Shown here: one piece after another, positions 13,581 through 27,117 of the stretch
How the letters are laid out: every line of letters starts with the position of its first letter
How positions within the stretch are numbered: position 1 is the first letter of the stretch
DNA from: Felis catus
Lineage: Eukaryota
DNA length: 64,000 nucleotides
Reading direction: 5' to 3'
Assembly (NCBI RefSeq): GCF_018350175.1
Contig: NC_058368.1
Coordinates: 113,896,001 to 113,960,000 of the forward strand
Program-made: the position numbers and the translations under genes
The notes under the pieces: model-generated
What the model saw: the letters and a program-made list of their open reading frames with translations, nothing else
What the model was told of the DNA's origin: nothing
The model's database searches: none

Positions 13581-14979
13581 CTGGAGGTAATAACCCACAG
13601 GTGATCCAAGAGCAGACTTCAGCTGTATATCCCACACTGTCTCCTGAGTCATTCTTGTATTCCCACACTCTTTTATTCACCCACCACATCATCTCAGACC
13701 CCAAGAGAAAGACCACATACTTACAACTTAGTGCCCACCTCCTGCATTTCAAGAACACAGTGGGGTGAAGTTATTAAGTTCTGGCATCAAACAGAAAGAC
13801 ATACAACCTCAGTGGTTGTGTTTGTTATGTTAGTTTGCAGGCTTAAATGGAATTATGCAAAACAAAGATAATTAGCTGTGCTGAAGGCTTCATCCCACAT
13901 TCCTCCTAATATGAATGCTTTATAATGTTTAGGGCAAATGGTCAGACATTTGAGAGGAGAGAGAGGGAAAAAGGAAGAGAGCAGAATCCATTGGTCAACG
14001 TTTGGCAGCATGGAGTATGACAAAGTGACAGTCAAGAAAAACTCCTATTCATTTTCTTACAGTGAAAGCTGCAGGGACAAAACTGGCCAATGAGGTGCTG
14101 TATAAAGAATGGTGATATTAGAGGACAAAGAATGTCCTGCACCAAAGTCCCACCTACAGACCTCATCTTGGACCCTATCCAAGCTGGAACTATGGCTTCT
14201 TCACATACTCCAAAGCGATGTGCCAAAGCAGATGCTCAGCAAGTATAAACCTAAATATTTCGTGAGCAACACCAAGGGTGAAACCATGCAAGTGCTCAAT
14301 TCTCAAATCTCTGTCCTGTGGCCTGGGTCAATTGCTATGTGGCTTATCTGTAAGGGGTAGTATGGTCTTCAGAGGCCACTTCATGTTTTCTTTGCTGGAG
14401 TATTTAGGTGCTATCAGGAGAGATCAATTCGATTCAATAGCTAACGATGATAGAATGTCTCATTGTTGGACAGCCCAGTGCTGGACTCCAGGAAGAAAAA
14501 GATGAACAAGAAATGGGTTCTGACCCTGAGGCACTCAAGTCCAGTCAAAGAAAGAGAATGGCCTCCCCATCTCAATTATCTCAGCCCTCAAGCTGGTCAT
14601 GCACAAGGGCTGACTGAGTCTCACCTGTAGCTATCAATGGAAATGTGGCCAGGCCATCACCTAATGGGTGGCATTGGAGCTGGCAGGAAAAGAAGGACTG
14701 GTATGACAGGGCCTCTCTCACCAATGGGCACCTCCTTCCCCAGAAGTGATCCCCAGGAACACTCCATTTTGGGGGAAGGTTTCCCTAATCCCCCCCACCC
14801 ACACTAAGGGACTGACCCAAGTTGGGACAAGTCATAAGCTTTTAGGGTCGGTTAAAAAAATTAAAAAGGAAGAGAGAAGATCTCTTACAAATCTCAGATG
14901 GAAGGTGAAATGCATAGACAGCTACTTCTCCCAAAGGTGCATTCAGCTTGAATGAGAAGTTCTCCCAGAGATTTAATGC

Positions 14980-15116
14980 TTCACCATACAGAGTTTCAAT
15001 TTGGGGTGATATGAAAGTTTTAAGGATGGGTATGTGATGGTTGTACAGCATGGTGAATACAATTAACACACTGAAGTGTACACTTAAAACTGGTCAAAAT
15101 GATGAAGTTTATGTTT

Positions 15117-15150
<34 letters not shown>
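14980..15150 (+). mobile_element. L1M 3' end fragment followed by (CA)15
   Basis: gagtttcaatttggggtgat...gtgatggttgtacagcatggtgaat...gtacacttaaaactgg; CA repeat at 15121-15150. Confidence 0.7.
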
Positions 15151-15152
<2 letters not shown>

Positions 15153-16159
15153 ATCACAACTAAAAAGTTTTAACATATAACATTACACTCTACAATATTT
15201 CAAAGTATTTAATAAAGACTAATAAATGTTAGCTATCAAAAACAAACAAACAAAACCACCTTCCCCAGAAGTCACTGTTGGTGCAGGTCTGCCCAAGACT
15301 TTCCTGCGTCCTCCCCCACCAAGATCAGCCAACCCCAGAGGGTTATACTATTTCAAAGTTTCAAGGTCAACTGAGGTTTACTGAGACAACCTCTTCCAGA
15401 GGTGTTCTAAAGACAGTCCTTTAAAAGCAGCAGGGGGATTCTCACACAACAGTGCTCATGCCCCTTGCCTCTGACCCCCTTCCTCTCCAGATCTAATCCC
15501 TACTTTGCCATAATGACCCAAGAACTATTTTCTAACATCTTTAAGTTTGAGTTGTGGACACCTTTATTGAGGTTGTGACCAGGGGTCTCAAAGGCCTCTT
15601 TAATTTTCCCTGGAACCCAGGTCCACAGATAGCCCTTATTGTGGAAGTGAGCCTGTGCTGGAGGCCAGATGTCCATGTCTACCTTTGGTCAGTTTCCCAC
15701 AGGACAGTAGGAGGTTGGATTCTGAGACTGGGATCTCAGGCCCCTTCAGTCCCTCTGCTTAGGGGAACCTTTTCTTCAAGAAGGATATGCTGCCACCAGG
15801 GGGCAGTAGTACCATCCAAAGTATAAAATGCAGGGCACACATAGGGGCTGGCAAGTATATGCCTCAGCACCTGAGGACTGAGGTTCAGAGATTCACAGAA
15901 CATTTCACTGACCCCTTCGACCTGTGGTCAACAGGGTCACAAGCTGAGGACTTTACAAGGGCTTTTGAGGATAGAAACTTCTCCCGCTATTCCCAAGAGC
16001 ATCCATGACCGTCAAAACAGCTGTAGTATCAGCTAGCATTCACTCACATAGAGATGCAGCCTTTATATGGATTATCTCATTATACCCCCAAACAATCCTA
16101 TAAGGACAGGTGCTATTTTTATCAGACGAGAAGACTGAGGTTTAGAAAGGTTGAGTACT

Positions 16160-16457
16160 GGGACACCTGGGTGGCTCAAGTCAGGTAAGCGTCTGACTCC
16201 TGGTTTCAGCTCAGGTCATGAACTCATGGTTTTGTAAGATGGAGCCCTGCGTGGGGCTCTGCGCTGGCTCAGTAAGTTAAGCATCTGACTCTTGGTCTCA
16301 ACTGAGGTCATGATCTCACAGTTCCTAAGTTTGAGTGCAGCACTGGGCTCTGGGCTGATGGTGCAGAGCCAGCTTTGGATTCTGTCTCTCCTTCTTTCTG
16401 CCCCTCCCTTACTTGTGCTCTCTCAAAAAATAGATAACTAAACTTAAAGAAAAAAAA
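16160..16457 (+). mobile_element. SINEC with two tandem 5' heads, inside a MIR
   Basis: Head at 16160 breaks off at ~16264, where tggctcagtaagttaagcatctgact restarts; TSD-like aaaggttgagtact / aaaggctgagtact. Confidence 0.8.
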
Positions 16458-17528
16458 GGCTGAGTACTTGCCTAGTGTTAGATGGCTGGGAAGTGACAGA
16501 GCTAGGCTGCTGGGATGCTGAGCCTCCTCTCTTATCCTTGCTTCACACCTTCCATTCCCTCCAGAAACTTCTGGAAAGAGATGAGGGCTGGCCTACTGCC
16601 TCGGTGTTTTGTTTTGCTCATATATTTAAGTTTTACTCTTTGCCCACTTATAAGTGTATCTAATGCCAATGGATAAACAGAACAGAGAGTATTAAAGGTG
16701 GCAGCGTGCATAGTGGAAGGCAGGTGCTTCGGGGCCGACTGACTTGGATTTGAATCCTGACCCTGCCACCTATTCCCCAATAAATCTAAACCTCTATAAA
16801 CCTCAAGGCCCAAACTTGTAAAAAGAGGGTTATCTATCTTTGCCTCACAGGGTTGTTATAAGGATTAAATAAGAAAATATGTGACACCATAGGGGCAGCC
16901 CATCATTCTTAATTTTTCTTTCATCTTAGAGGAAGTCAAAGCAACACGTATCCTAGGCACCTGTGAAAGGTCGGTTTTTACAGTCCTGAATTGGGCTCCA
17001 ACTTGCCTAACATGAAGGCAAAGAGAATACAGAAACATTGTGGAAATGACCCTTCTTGCTTAGGTCCTCTACAATAAAAGCAACTAAATTCTAGTGAACA
17101 TTTTTTAGGACCAGCTCCATGCTAAACACCTGACTTACATATTTACAACTCCTTTGGTCCTCACAATAATCCTGCTGGGCTCTACCATAATATCCCTTCC
17201 AGCAAAGAAGAAACTATGACTTGAAGAGGTAAAATAAAAACACAAAGCTAACAACTAGTAGAGCAAGAACTAAAACCTAAGCGTCTTATTCTCAAACTTA
17301 CCCTTTTAGACCTCACACTACCATCTAATATAACACAGTATGTCAACTATATACCTCAATAATAAAAATTAAAAACAAAAAAAAAACCTTTACGTTACCA
17401 TGTCTCACACTTAAGCCAGTGGGTTGGTGCCTTCAGCCTGTGTAAAATACCCATAAACTCTCCAACCACCCCACACATCCAGGGTTGCCCACTGAAGGAA
17501 AGCATGTGGTGCTTCACACAGCACTCAC

Positions 17529-17645
17529 CTGGACCAGGTAATCCCTAGGTAAGAGAGGGAGACGGACATGTTCCATCAGTTTTGCCATGTGCTCTAAACG
17601 GGTTTCCTTCTCATAATTGATCCATGAAATCACTGCTTCAAATAC
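17529..17645 (-). CDS. KLHL3: KLHL3 coding exon (exon 7 equivalent), BACK domain: VFEAVISWINYEKETRLEHMAKLMEHVRLPLLPRDYLVQ
   Basis: Absent from the ORF track and read by hand; acceptor tatcttcatag|GTA, donor CAG|GTGAGT; 117 nt, phase 0/0. Confidence 0.96.
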
Positions 17646-18279
17646 CTATGAAGATAATCAACACAAGTAACTGTAGCAGAGACAACAGCTCTCAAACAAT
17701 TTCTTCAACTTGAAAAAAAAAAGTCCAAATCATCTACATTAACCTAAGGTTCACTATTTAAAATAAAACAAAAATGGAAAGATTTTGTTTACTAGCTGAC
17801 ATCAAAGTGATATCACACACATACACATTATAATAAACCTGCTACCCCAAATACAGAATCATCAAGGTTCGTTGCAAAATAAAAATCCAGTTCCAATGGC
17901 TATTTAAAGATAGAAATCCATAGTAACTCTGGACCAAATTTTATAAAGACTGCTTAAGAAAACGAGAAGCCTTGGGGGCAATGCCATCATGCCCCTCACA
18001 CCCTATCTTCCTTTATCTCCCATATTCAGTGAATGCAGACTAGAAACAGTAAGAATACATTTGCCAAAAGTTGGCTGTAATGGTGAGGATGACAGCGAAT
18101 GACAGAGAATTTCTGTCAAAAATTTCTCCTTGGTTTAACCTCTCCCTTAAGGAGAGATTTCATTTTTATATAAATGAAAATTGGGCTTGGAACCAAAAAG
18201 GAGGCTCTCCTATTTGGATGTTCACCTTCCTCAAAAATAAGTCCAAAATCAAATCCTACACCACCATACACACACAGAC

Positions 18280-20190
18280 AGATAAAATTCAATGTTGATA
18301 AGGCTGCAGGGAAACCGGCACTATTTCTGGAAACTTAATTAACACAGCTTTTTAAGAGGGGAAGGAAGAATTTGGCAATATCACTCAAAGACTTAAATGT
18401 GCACACTCTTTGACCTAGAAATAACACTTCTAGGGATCCAGCCTACAAAAATACCCACAAAAGTGGGGCAAGCATATGTGTTCCAGGATGTTTGCCACGG
18501 CATTTCTGTAATAAAATAAAAAAGGAAACAACCTAAAGCTCACTAATGGAGAAATTATTTAACTAGTATACATACTATCGGATATTTTCAGCTGGTAAAA
18601 AGAATAAAACAAAACACCTTCTTACGCCAGAAACCAAGGAAGTGCTCAAAGATTACGATGGACATGTCAAATGGACATAAAGCCAACAGATGAGGCTTTC
18701 ATTGTCAACATTTGGGATAACATAAACATCAAAGAGAATAGTGAAGAAATCAGATTAATGCTTCTGGCTGAGGTGGCGTGGGAGAATCCCTGGGAAGGTG
18801 CCAAAGGAAATTTGGCAGGGAGGGTAATGGATACGTTCTGTATCTCGATAGGGTGGGAGTTACATGTACATATGCATTTGTGAAAACTAATTAAACTGTA
18901 TACTTAATATCTATAAATTTCACTGTAAGTCATAACTCAATTTAAAATATTCTCAGTTAAAACAAAAAGACAGGGGCGCCTGGGTGGCTCAGTTGGTTGA
19001 GTGTCTGACTTCGGTTCAGGTCATGATCTCATGGTTTGTGGGTTCGAGCCCCGCGTTGGGCTCTATACTGACAATTCAGAGCCTGGAACCTGCTTTGGAT
19101 TCTGCGTCTCCTCTCTCTCTGCCCCTCCCCTGCTCATGCTCTGTCTCTCTCTGTCTCTCAAAAATAAATAAATGTAAAATAAAAAAAAATTTAAAGAGAA
19201 AGACAGTAATGGGTCATAACATAATGAACAAAAAGGAATCCATGAATCCCATAAGGATACTTTAAAAAATGTGGAAGGGCTCTTCTTCACAGACAAATAC
19301 CAGCTAATAAAGGTAGAAGGAATGACAAAAACATTACTTTGCAACCACCAATTAATAACTGATAGAGCAAAGCTCATCAGTAGATGCTCGAATCACTGTG
19401 CAAAAAACTGTGGGGGAACACGACACAGTTTTCAAAGTATCACCTCGCTGATTACTTACTCATTACACGGGGTAGGGGCAGCCTCAAATGGGGAAATTTG
19501 ACAGATAAGTGATCTAAGTTAGTACCAACAATAACAGGACGAACTTACATCACATTCTTGATCGTGATTTAACGGCAAGGATACAGCAGATACAGCATCC
19601 CCTAGAGTAGTCTCTTCCTAAAATGTTTAACCTGAATCTTAATAGCAAGGAAACAATCAGATCAGATAATTCCATGTTTGGAACATTCTGCAATACAGCT
19701 GGCCTGGATTTTTCAAAACCATTAATATTATGAAAGACAAAAAAAGACAGGGAGATAGTTCTAGATTAAGTGGATTTAAAGTCTTGAAAACTAAATGTAA
19801 TGCATGATCCTTGATTGGATCACGGATTTAAAAGGAACAATCTATAAAGGACTGTCTTGAGACTGCTAGAAAATGTGAGTGCTGACTAGGTATTAGCTAA
19901 CATCATTGTATTAGTGTTGAATTTCTTTGGTATGATAATGGTTTTATGGCTAAAAAAGACAATTTCCTTGTTCTTAGGAGGTGCATACTCAAATACCAGA
20001 GGGGAAATTCTACAATGTCTGCAATTTATTATCAAATGGTTCAGCAGAATAAAAGATTAAATATGTAGAGAGAAAAGACAAATGAAGCAAAAAGTTAACT
20101 GGTGAATCTAAGTAAAGAGTATATGAATGTACACACTTTCAAACTTTAATATAGGTCTGAAATTTTTCAAAATAAAAAGCGGAGGGGAAA
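18280..20190 (+). mobile_element. Old L1M (L1MC/L1ME-like) 3' fragments with a SINEC at ~18973-19195
   Basis: ctctttgacctagaaataacacttctaggga; taaatgtaatgcatgatccttgattggatc; gaaatttttcaaaataaaaag. Confidence 0.7.
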
Positions 20191-21662
20191 GGAAAAGAAA
20201 TTCTAAGGGAAAAGGAAAAATATGACAACAAAATTTACAATGTGGCATAAAGTTGAAATGGAAACTAACTCACAGAAAAAAATTCTCTAATATTTCTCTG
20301 ACAATATTTCTGTGTATTAATATGTTAATGATGCTTTGAACCTATTTCCTAAATATATACTTAAGTCAGGGTGGGTATACTTAAAATAGGCAAAGAATTG
20401 ATCAGAAATGGAATGGAAGGAAAGCTAAATGAAAATGGAACAGAAAGAAAAGGATAGTATGTGCATACAGTCTGCTCTCATTTCTGTAAAATATAACCTA
20501 TATGTGCACAAACATAAACACACACACCATGGAAATCCTCCCTGTCTGGTTCATTTTTTAAAATTAAATCTGAGAGAGCTTTATCCCCCACCCTGATAGC
20601 ATCAGTTTGTGACAGATCACTCTGTATTACTCCAAATAGCCTTTAAATCCATGAGAAGACAGACCTTGTCTTTTCAATGGCAAATAATACACACTCAAAT
20701 ATTTTTTTAATGAATGAATGGACACATGAGTTTAGAATAAGCATGTGAGAAGGCAGTGGGAACCGTCCTGGCTGGAGCAGAGAGCAGGGCTGGGTAAGAA
20801 GGAACTGGAATCAGGGCAGGGATGACAGAGCCAGGCCAGGGACCAAAAAAGCTGGAGAAGTCTGGCTGATGAGGTGGCGGGCAACCACGGTTCCGTTCTG
20901 CCTTGCGTTATGGTTATCCAACTTTCTTCTACTCCGCTTTATTAGACTGTGAGCTCTTGCAAGGTGAGACATGTCCCTCCCTGCTCAGTCTGCAACTCCT
21001 GCTGCCCAGCACAATGCCAGGCACAGAGCAGGTGGCCAGCTGACAAAGCTCAGCGGAAGAATGCACTGCCGGTCTTAGAGTGGGTGGGATTTACTCACCA
21101 TGCCCTTCCCTATCAACCACCTTAGTCTTCATCATAAAAGCTAAAAAGCAAGCTGAGTCTAATGGAGTCGATATTAACCTTATCTTTATTTTTGGCTTGA
21201 CTTGTCTAACTGGTTCCACTTAGTTGCACTGTTTACCTACTCAGCTGTGAAAGCCACAGCACTGGGCAACAACAGTGACCTTCTCGGCGGCTAGAGAAGG
21301 CCACGTGTTTTTTTCAAAGAGACTTTATGCTTAGAAAAAAAGTAAGCAAATCAACTTCCAATTAGCTTTAGCCTTTAATGTGCCTAAAATCATTCCCAAC
21401 AGGCCCTCCTGTCAAGGGACTGGCAACAGGAAACAGCAGCAGGAGTCAGTATTCACCATGTGCGAGGTTCTGTACCACACCCTTCATGGACAACGTGACC
21501 CTGGACTCTCCTGAGAGCCCAATGGGCAGACACTCTTACCCCTTATTAAATGACTCGCCCAAGTCCAGGGCCACAAAGCAGCAGGGCTGGGGTCCACACG
21601 AACCCAATGCCAGTGCTCGTTCTCTTACTTACTGTTCTCAGTTGCCTCTCACAGGCCTACTG

Positions 21663-21872
21663 CAGTGGCTGGCAGACTACAGCCCACAGGCCACATTCAG
21701 CCTGCCACCTGCTTTCATAAATAAAATTTTACTGGAGCACAGCCACACTCACTCGTTTACATATTGTCTGTGGCTGCTTTCACACTGTAACAGCAGAGTT
21801 GAGACTCTATGGCCCACAAAGCCTAAAATATTTACTATCTGGTGCTTTATAGGAAAATGGTGTCAATCCCTG
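21663..21872. mobile_element. MER58A-like hAT-Charlie element
   Basis: cagtggctggcagactacagcccacaggcca...ataaaattttactggagcacagccac...ggcccacaaagcctaaaatatttactatctgg...ccctg. Confidence 0.85.
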
Positions 21873-23034
21873 GTCTAGGAAACCTAAGCAGAGACCCTGT
21901 GGCTTCAAACACAGGACACAGTGATGTCTACACAGATGAAAATATTTTTTATGGATCCCAGGATGAAATAATCAGCTGCCACGCTTAGGGTTTTACTTTT
22001 AAACAAACAAAAACAAAACAAAAAGAGCATCATTTCCTCACTGCTTCATATTCCAAAACCAATCTCTTGAGTGCTACAAGGTTGCTGGGTCAAAAAAAGA
22101 TGTAAAAAATCAAATTTCATAGTCCTTGGCTCCCCACACTTCCAACGTAAGCACAAGCCTTGGCCGGAACACCAGATGAAACTGACCCTCTATCCCCGCC
22201 CCCAGTGATGCAGGCAGCCATGCCATACTGGACCTGCACGCTGTGAGTGGGGAGCACCGGGGCACTTAACAGCCATTTTCAAAATGTGTTCTGAGAGTCA
22301 AGAAATGGGGACTCAAGTTAAAAATAGGTAGGACAGTGACTTGGCAAGTAAAAAGGTCCAGTTGAGAGTGACTCACAGCAAAGCATAGGATGGAGGAAAA
22401 GAAGCCAATTTTGACAAGATCAGGGAAGAAAACGGGTTTCCTCACATGGACTTAATTTGCTACTTAAGATTTAAGAGAGGCTAATTTTAATAACAACTAA
22501 TAACAACAGGCACAGTGCTATGCATTTTGCATGCATGATCTCATTTAACCCACCCCAAATCCTGTGAAATAGGTTATCACTGTTCACATTTTACAGATGA
22601 GGAAACAGCCTCAGAAAGGTTAGTGTCCAAGGTCACAGTGCCAGGAAGTAGTGGATCTGGGATGTGAACTCACCTCCAAATGCAAAAACCCAAGGTCTAA
22701 CATTATGTAATATTGCATGTCAGAGGCACAATTAGTTGGAAAACCTGGGCAGACCACTGAGTTGGGAAGTATGTTCCTCAACCCATAATCATAATTACAC
22801 CCACCACGTGCTCCTAGGACATTCCTCCCTAGATACTCTTTTCTTTCTCAGAGATAGAGCCAATAGCATTTGCTGAATTCACTGTCACGATTTTCAATCA
22901 AGAAGACAGCACTTCTAGACACAAGAATGATTTCTGTCAGATTTCGGATGGTTCTTAAACTAAAGCTTAACAGGACTTAATGTGAACCATACTCTGGCCT
23001 TGCTGTCACATGCCACACCAGGGACAGTCAGGAG

Positions 23035-23236
23035 CAGTGGTACAATGGAGCTGGAGCTCACCATGCATGTTTCTTCCCATCTTGGTGTTTAGTGACATTA
23101 CACCAGTAGTTTGAAATCAGCCTTGAGGGAAATATTTACACCATAGCAAATGAATCAGCAAACAAATCAGGGCTTTCAGATTTTTTTTTTTTTTTTTTGA
23201 GAGCGAGTTGTTAAAACATTTACCAGCATACCACTG
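23035..23236. mobile_element. MER63-like hAT-Blackjack element
   Basis: Terminal inverted repeats cagtggta... and ...taccactg; aaacatttaccagcataccactg end. Confidence 0.75.
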
Positions 23237-24565
23237 GCTGGGCGATTTCCTGGTCGGAAGGCTCCCCAGACTCTAGAAAAGCTACTCAGTTGTACTCATC
23301 TTTCTGACAGTCCCATCATCTTCAGGTTTTATAGGGCACTTCACAGCTCCTTCTGGTTGTTTCATTTCAGACCTGCAAGGGCCCTGGGAGGCAGCTAGAG
23401 TCACTCATAAAAGAGAAAAATGAGGCAGAGAGTGGGGAAGTGGTCTGCCCAAACATTACCCAGTGAATTGGTGATAGGGCAGCAATGAGAACCACTGGCT
23501 TTCAATCAACACTTTGACAGCACATTCGTCCATAACACATTTCATAGTTTGTACCTGTATATTCATTTCTGTACATATTTGATAAAATCTATTTCTGTAC
23601 ATTTTTTATAAAATCTGTCTCCCTCATGTGATTTTTAAGTTCCACAAAGGCAGGGACCTTATGCCGATCTGTTCACCAATGTCTCTTGTGTGAGTAACGC
23701 ACTATGTGCCACATAGAAAGCACTCAATAAATATTTACTGAGAGAATGAATTAGTCAAAGTAGGAATGGCTGGGTATATGGTTCTCTTCCTGTAGCAGCA
23801 CACTGCAAAATATCTGACTTCATACAAACAACAAAAAATGATGGTAAAACTAAAACAGTGATATCACCTTTTGCTGGGAAGTTGTTCAGCCTTCCACTCC
23901 TGCCTACAGCCAGGATAAAGATATGCAGTCTGACTTTGCACAGGAGAAGGAGAAGGACTGAAGCACAATGGTTTGACAGAAATGCCTGCAAGCTGGAAGA
24001 CGACTTTGTGGCATTAATCTTACAAATGAATGGAGCATGACAGAGGGATGGAGAATGCCTTGCAGTCAATATGGTAGATAGAGCAGAGTTGGAAGGAATC
24101 TTCCCCTACAGCTCCAAACACACAAAAGTGACATATTACAAAAATAATAAAGCAAGTCAAAAGCAAGAGGGAAATGCCTGAGTGCCTTAAATCAGAAAGA
24201 ATTCAAGTCTAGCAGCTGAATGGAAGCTGAGGCCAAAATGGCTCACAGGCCTGGACGATTCAGACATGGACTTGAATGGTTCAGAACTGGTTTCTATCAG
24301 GTAGACTGTCGAGGCCACAGGCTCCTTATGGACAGTGTCACCCCACCCGCAGTCCCATGGACCAGCACTAGATGAACTCCACCCATCTGCTATGGCAAGG
24401 GGGGAAGGAAGCTCACCATCTCCTGTCAGCTGGGAAGTTAAAAACCATGTCTTCAAGAAATGAGAACCCCAAGCTCACACTGCATACAGATATGGGGTCT
24501 GAAGTGATATTATCCAGATGGTACACGGGATACTCAACACAAAAAGGAATACAGAAATAGTTTCC

Positions 24566-24838
24566 AGGCGCACCTGGGTGGCTCAGTCAGTTAAGCCTCC
24601 AACTTCTGCTCAGGTCATGATCTCACAGTTCGTGAGTTTGAGCCCCGTGTTGGGCTCTGTGCTGACGACTCAGTATGCTTTGGATTCTGTGTCTCCCTCT
24701 CTCTCTCTGCCCTTATTCCGCTGATGCTCTCTCTTCCAAAAATAAATAAACATTAAAAAAATTTTTAGAAAGAAAGAGAGAAAGAAAGGAAGGAAGGAAG
24801 AAAGAAAGAAGAAAAGAAAGAAAGAGAAAGAAAAAAGA
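24566..24838 (+). mobile_element. SINEC whose tail has expanded into a (GAAA/GGAA)n repeat
   Basis: Head ggcgcacctgggtggctcagtcagttaag; purine repeat at ~24768-24838. Confidence 0.85.
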
Positions 24839-25784
24839 GTTTTCAAACCAGTTAACCTGCCCTAGAGGGGAATCTTCACACCCAGACTCCCATGGATAAA
24901 ACATCCTCTGAAGATGGCCTCACAATCAAAAAATTATACATCACTAACAAGAAGAACTGCAAAAAAGAAAATCAACAGATATAATAAATCACTGGATATT
25001 TGGGGCAACCAAAGAAAACTGGCCTCAAGACTGACCATGCAATGCAGTCCTCAGAATACTAGGGGCAGGAGACATTCTGTAGTAAAGGAGGTTCTGGGAC
25101 CAAATGAGCCTGGAGAACACATCATACACACCTACAAATCTCCTTCAGAGATTTACAAAGCTCATTAACATGTTAAAGCTCTGACAGGTCCTTCACTTTC
25201 TTAACCTGGTTCCTGTGTTTTGCCACTGTCTCCTAAATGTATCAAACCTGAGAACTTTTTTTTTTACCTAAATACCTACAAACATCTCACAACACTGCCG
25301 TTTTACAGCACATAGGTGGTAACCTAGAGAACAAAGTCATTACCCCCTAAGCTTTCCATTTCCAGCCACATCTCCCACTACCTCCCCCAAAGACCCTAGA
25401 CTCTCACCACACAGGTTACTTTTCCCCCAAGAAGAACAAAGCATTCCAAACTTCCACATCTGTATTCCTGTAATCCGTTCAATCTGAATGGCTTCCTAAA
25501 ATCCCACTCTTATTCTCCAAGTTTTACCTCCAATATTGTCTTTTTTATGATATTTTCCACACCTAACAATGTGGAATGAAACACTCCAGGCTGCTTTCCT
25601 TGAACTCTGATTTCAGGCAACGACTTCTCTCAGCCACATAAGGATACATGTTTTGTATCCAGACTGCAAGCTCTTAAACAGTCCTAAGTGTCACTCACCT
25701 CTGTCTCCCTGTCGGGGTAGACAGACATTAATAAAGAGCAGGGGCATGGGAGGCAGACACAGTCAGCTTCAAATCACAAAGCTA

Positions 25785-25981
25785 TTTTTTTTAAGTTTAT
25801 TTATTTATTGTGAAAGAGAGAGAAAGAAGCAGAGAGAGAGGGAGAGTCAGAGAATCCCAGGCAGGCTCCACACTGTCAGTGTAGAGCCTGACGCAGGGCT
25901 CAAGCCCACAAACCATGAGATCGTGATCTGAGCCAAAATCAAGAGTCAGACACTCAACTGACTGAGCCACCCAGGCGCCTC
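25785..25981 (-). mobile_element. SINEC
   Basis: Reverse head ...gagccacccaggcgcc; TSD tcaaatcacaa...ctatttt. Confidence 0.9.
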
Positions 25982-26894
25982 TCAAATCACAAGACTATTT
26001 ATTGTTAACATGCCTTAGTTTCCTCCTCTGCAAAATGGAGACAATAGTCTCTGCCTTGGGAGTTAGTGGGAGAAGCAGATATGATGTGCTGAACATTATG
26101 CTGGCAAAAGAAGTCACAAGCAAAGCATACATTCACCAGCATTCCATTTATATACAGTTCAAAAACTGGCAAAACTGATCCATGAGAAGTCAAAATAGTA
26201 GTTATGTTTCTCGGGGTGGGGGGCAGTGTTTCCTGATCTGCATGCTAGTTAGGTGGGTATTTCACTTTTGTAAAAAGTTGAGCTGTGTGCTTCTTATTTG
26301 GTCATGTCTCTGTGAACTTACTTCAATACAAACGTCACTTTGAAAAAAAAATAATGCGTGAAATGCACCTGGAGAACAGTGGGCAGTCAAGGCAGATTTG
26401 GGACCATAGTGCTGTGGTATTCTGCTCATAGGTGTTCACTGAATTGCACTTTCCAAAGGAGAACAGTAAAAGGAGTAATGCCAGGACCAGGCCAGATGGT
26501 TGCATGCAGGCTGAGAAGCTGGCAACTCTTAACTGCTGACCTCATAGTAAGGCGGGGGCGGGGCAAGGGGGGCTTCCAACAGCTCAGGCTCGGCAGCAGG
26601 ATGCACCTGCTCAATCACTGGATAATATCTGGGCAGCAAGCATTCAAGTCCAACTTACTGGCCAAGGAGCTCCAGCCTGCATCCTCCACCTACCACTGGC
26701 TGGAGAGGCTAGGTGTTCAGGCAGGAGCGTGTGCAACAGCAATGATCCTGGGAGACATGGGCCCAATCACTTTCAGAAGATACCAGAATTTGGCTTCTGA
26801 TCAGTTTTAGGACACAACAGCACATTAAATATGTGATCGCATGGAGAGAACCTAAGCTATAGTTCTCATAATACATACTTGACACTAATTCTTT

Positions 26895-27117
26895 TTTTTT
26901 TTTTAATTTTTTTTCAACGTTTATTTATTTTGGGGACAGAGAGAGACAGAGCATGAACGGGGGAGGGGCAGAGAGAGAGGGAGACACAGAATCGGAAACA
27001 GGCTCCAGGCTCCGAGCCATCAGCCCAGAGCCTGACGCGGGGCTCGAACTCAGGGACCGCGAGATCGTGACCTGGCTGAAGTTGGACGCTTAACCGACTG
27101 CGCCACCCAGGTGCCCC
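26895..27117 (-). mobile_element. Young SINEC_Fc
   Basis: CpG-rich, near-consensus copy; perfect TSD gacactaattcttt at 26881-26894 and 27118-27131. Confidence 0.95.

Noticed and set aside
13224..13652. 142-aa ORF (and similar ORFs at 32119-32520, 45411-45716 and 54776-54985) as stand-alone genes
   Set aside because: Only the segments between the AG and GT sites match KLHL3; the rest is intronic read-through
21378..21878. Longest ORF in the track (166 aa)
   Set aside because: Its 3' part is a MER58A element and it has no recognisable domain; chance ORF
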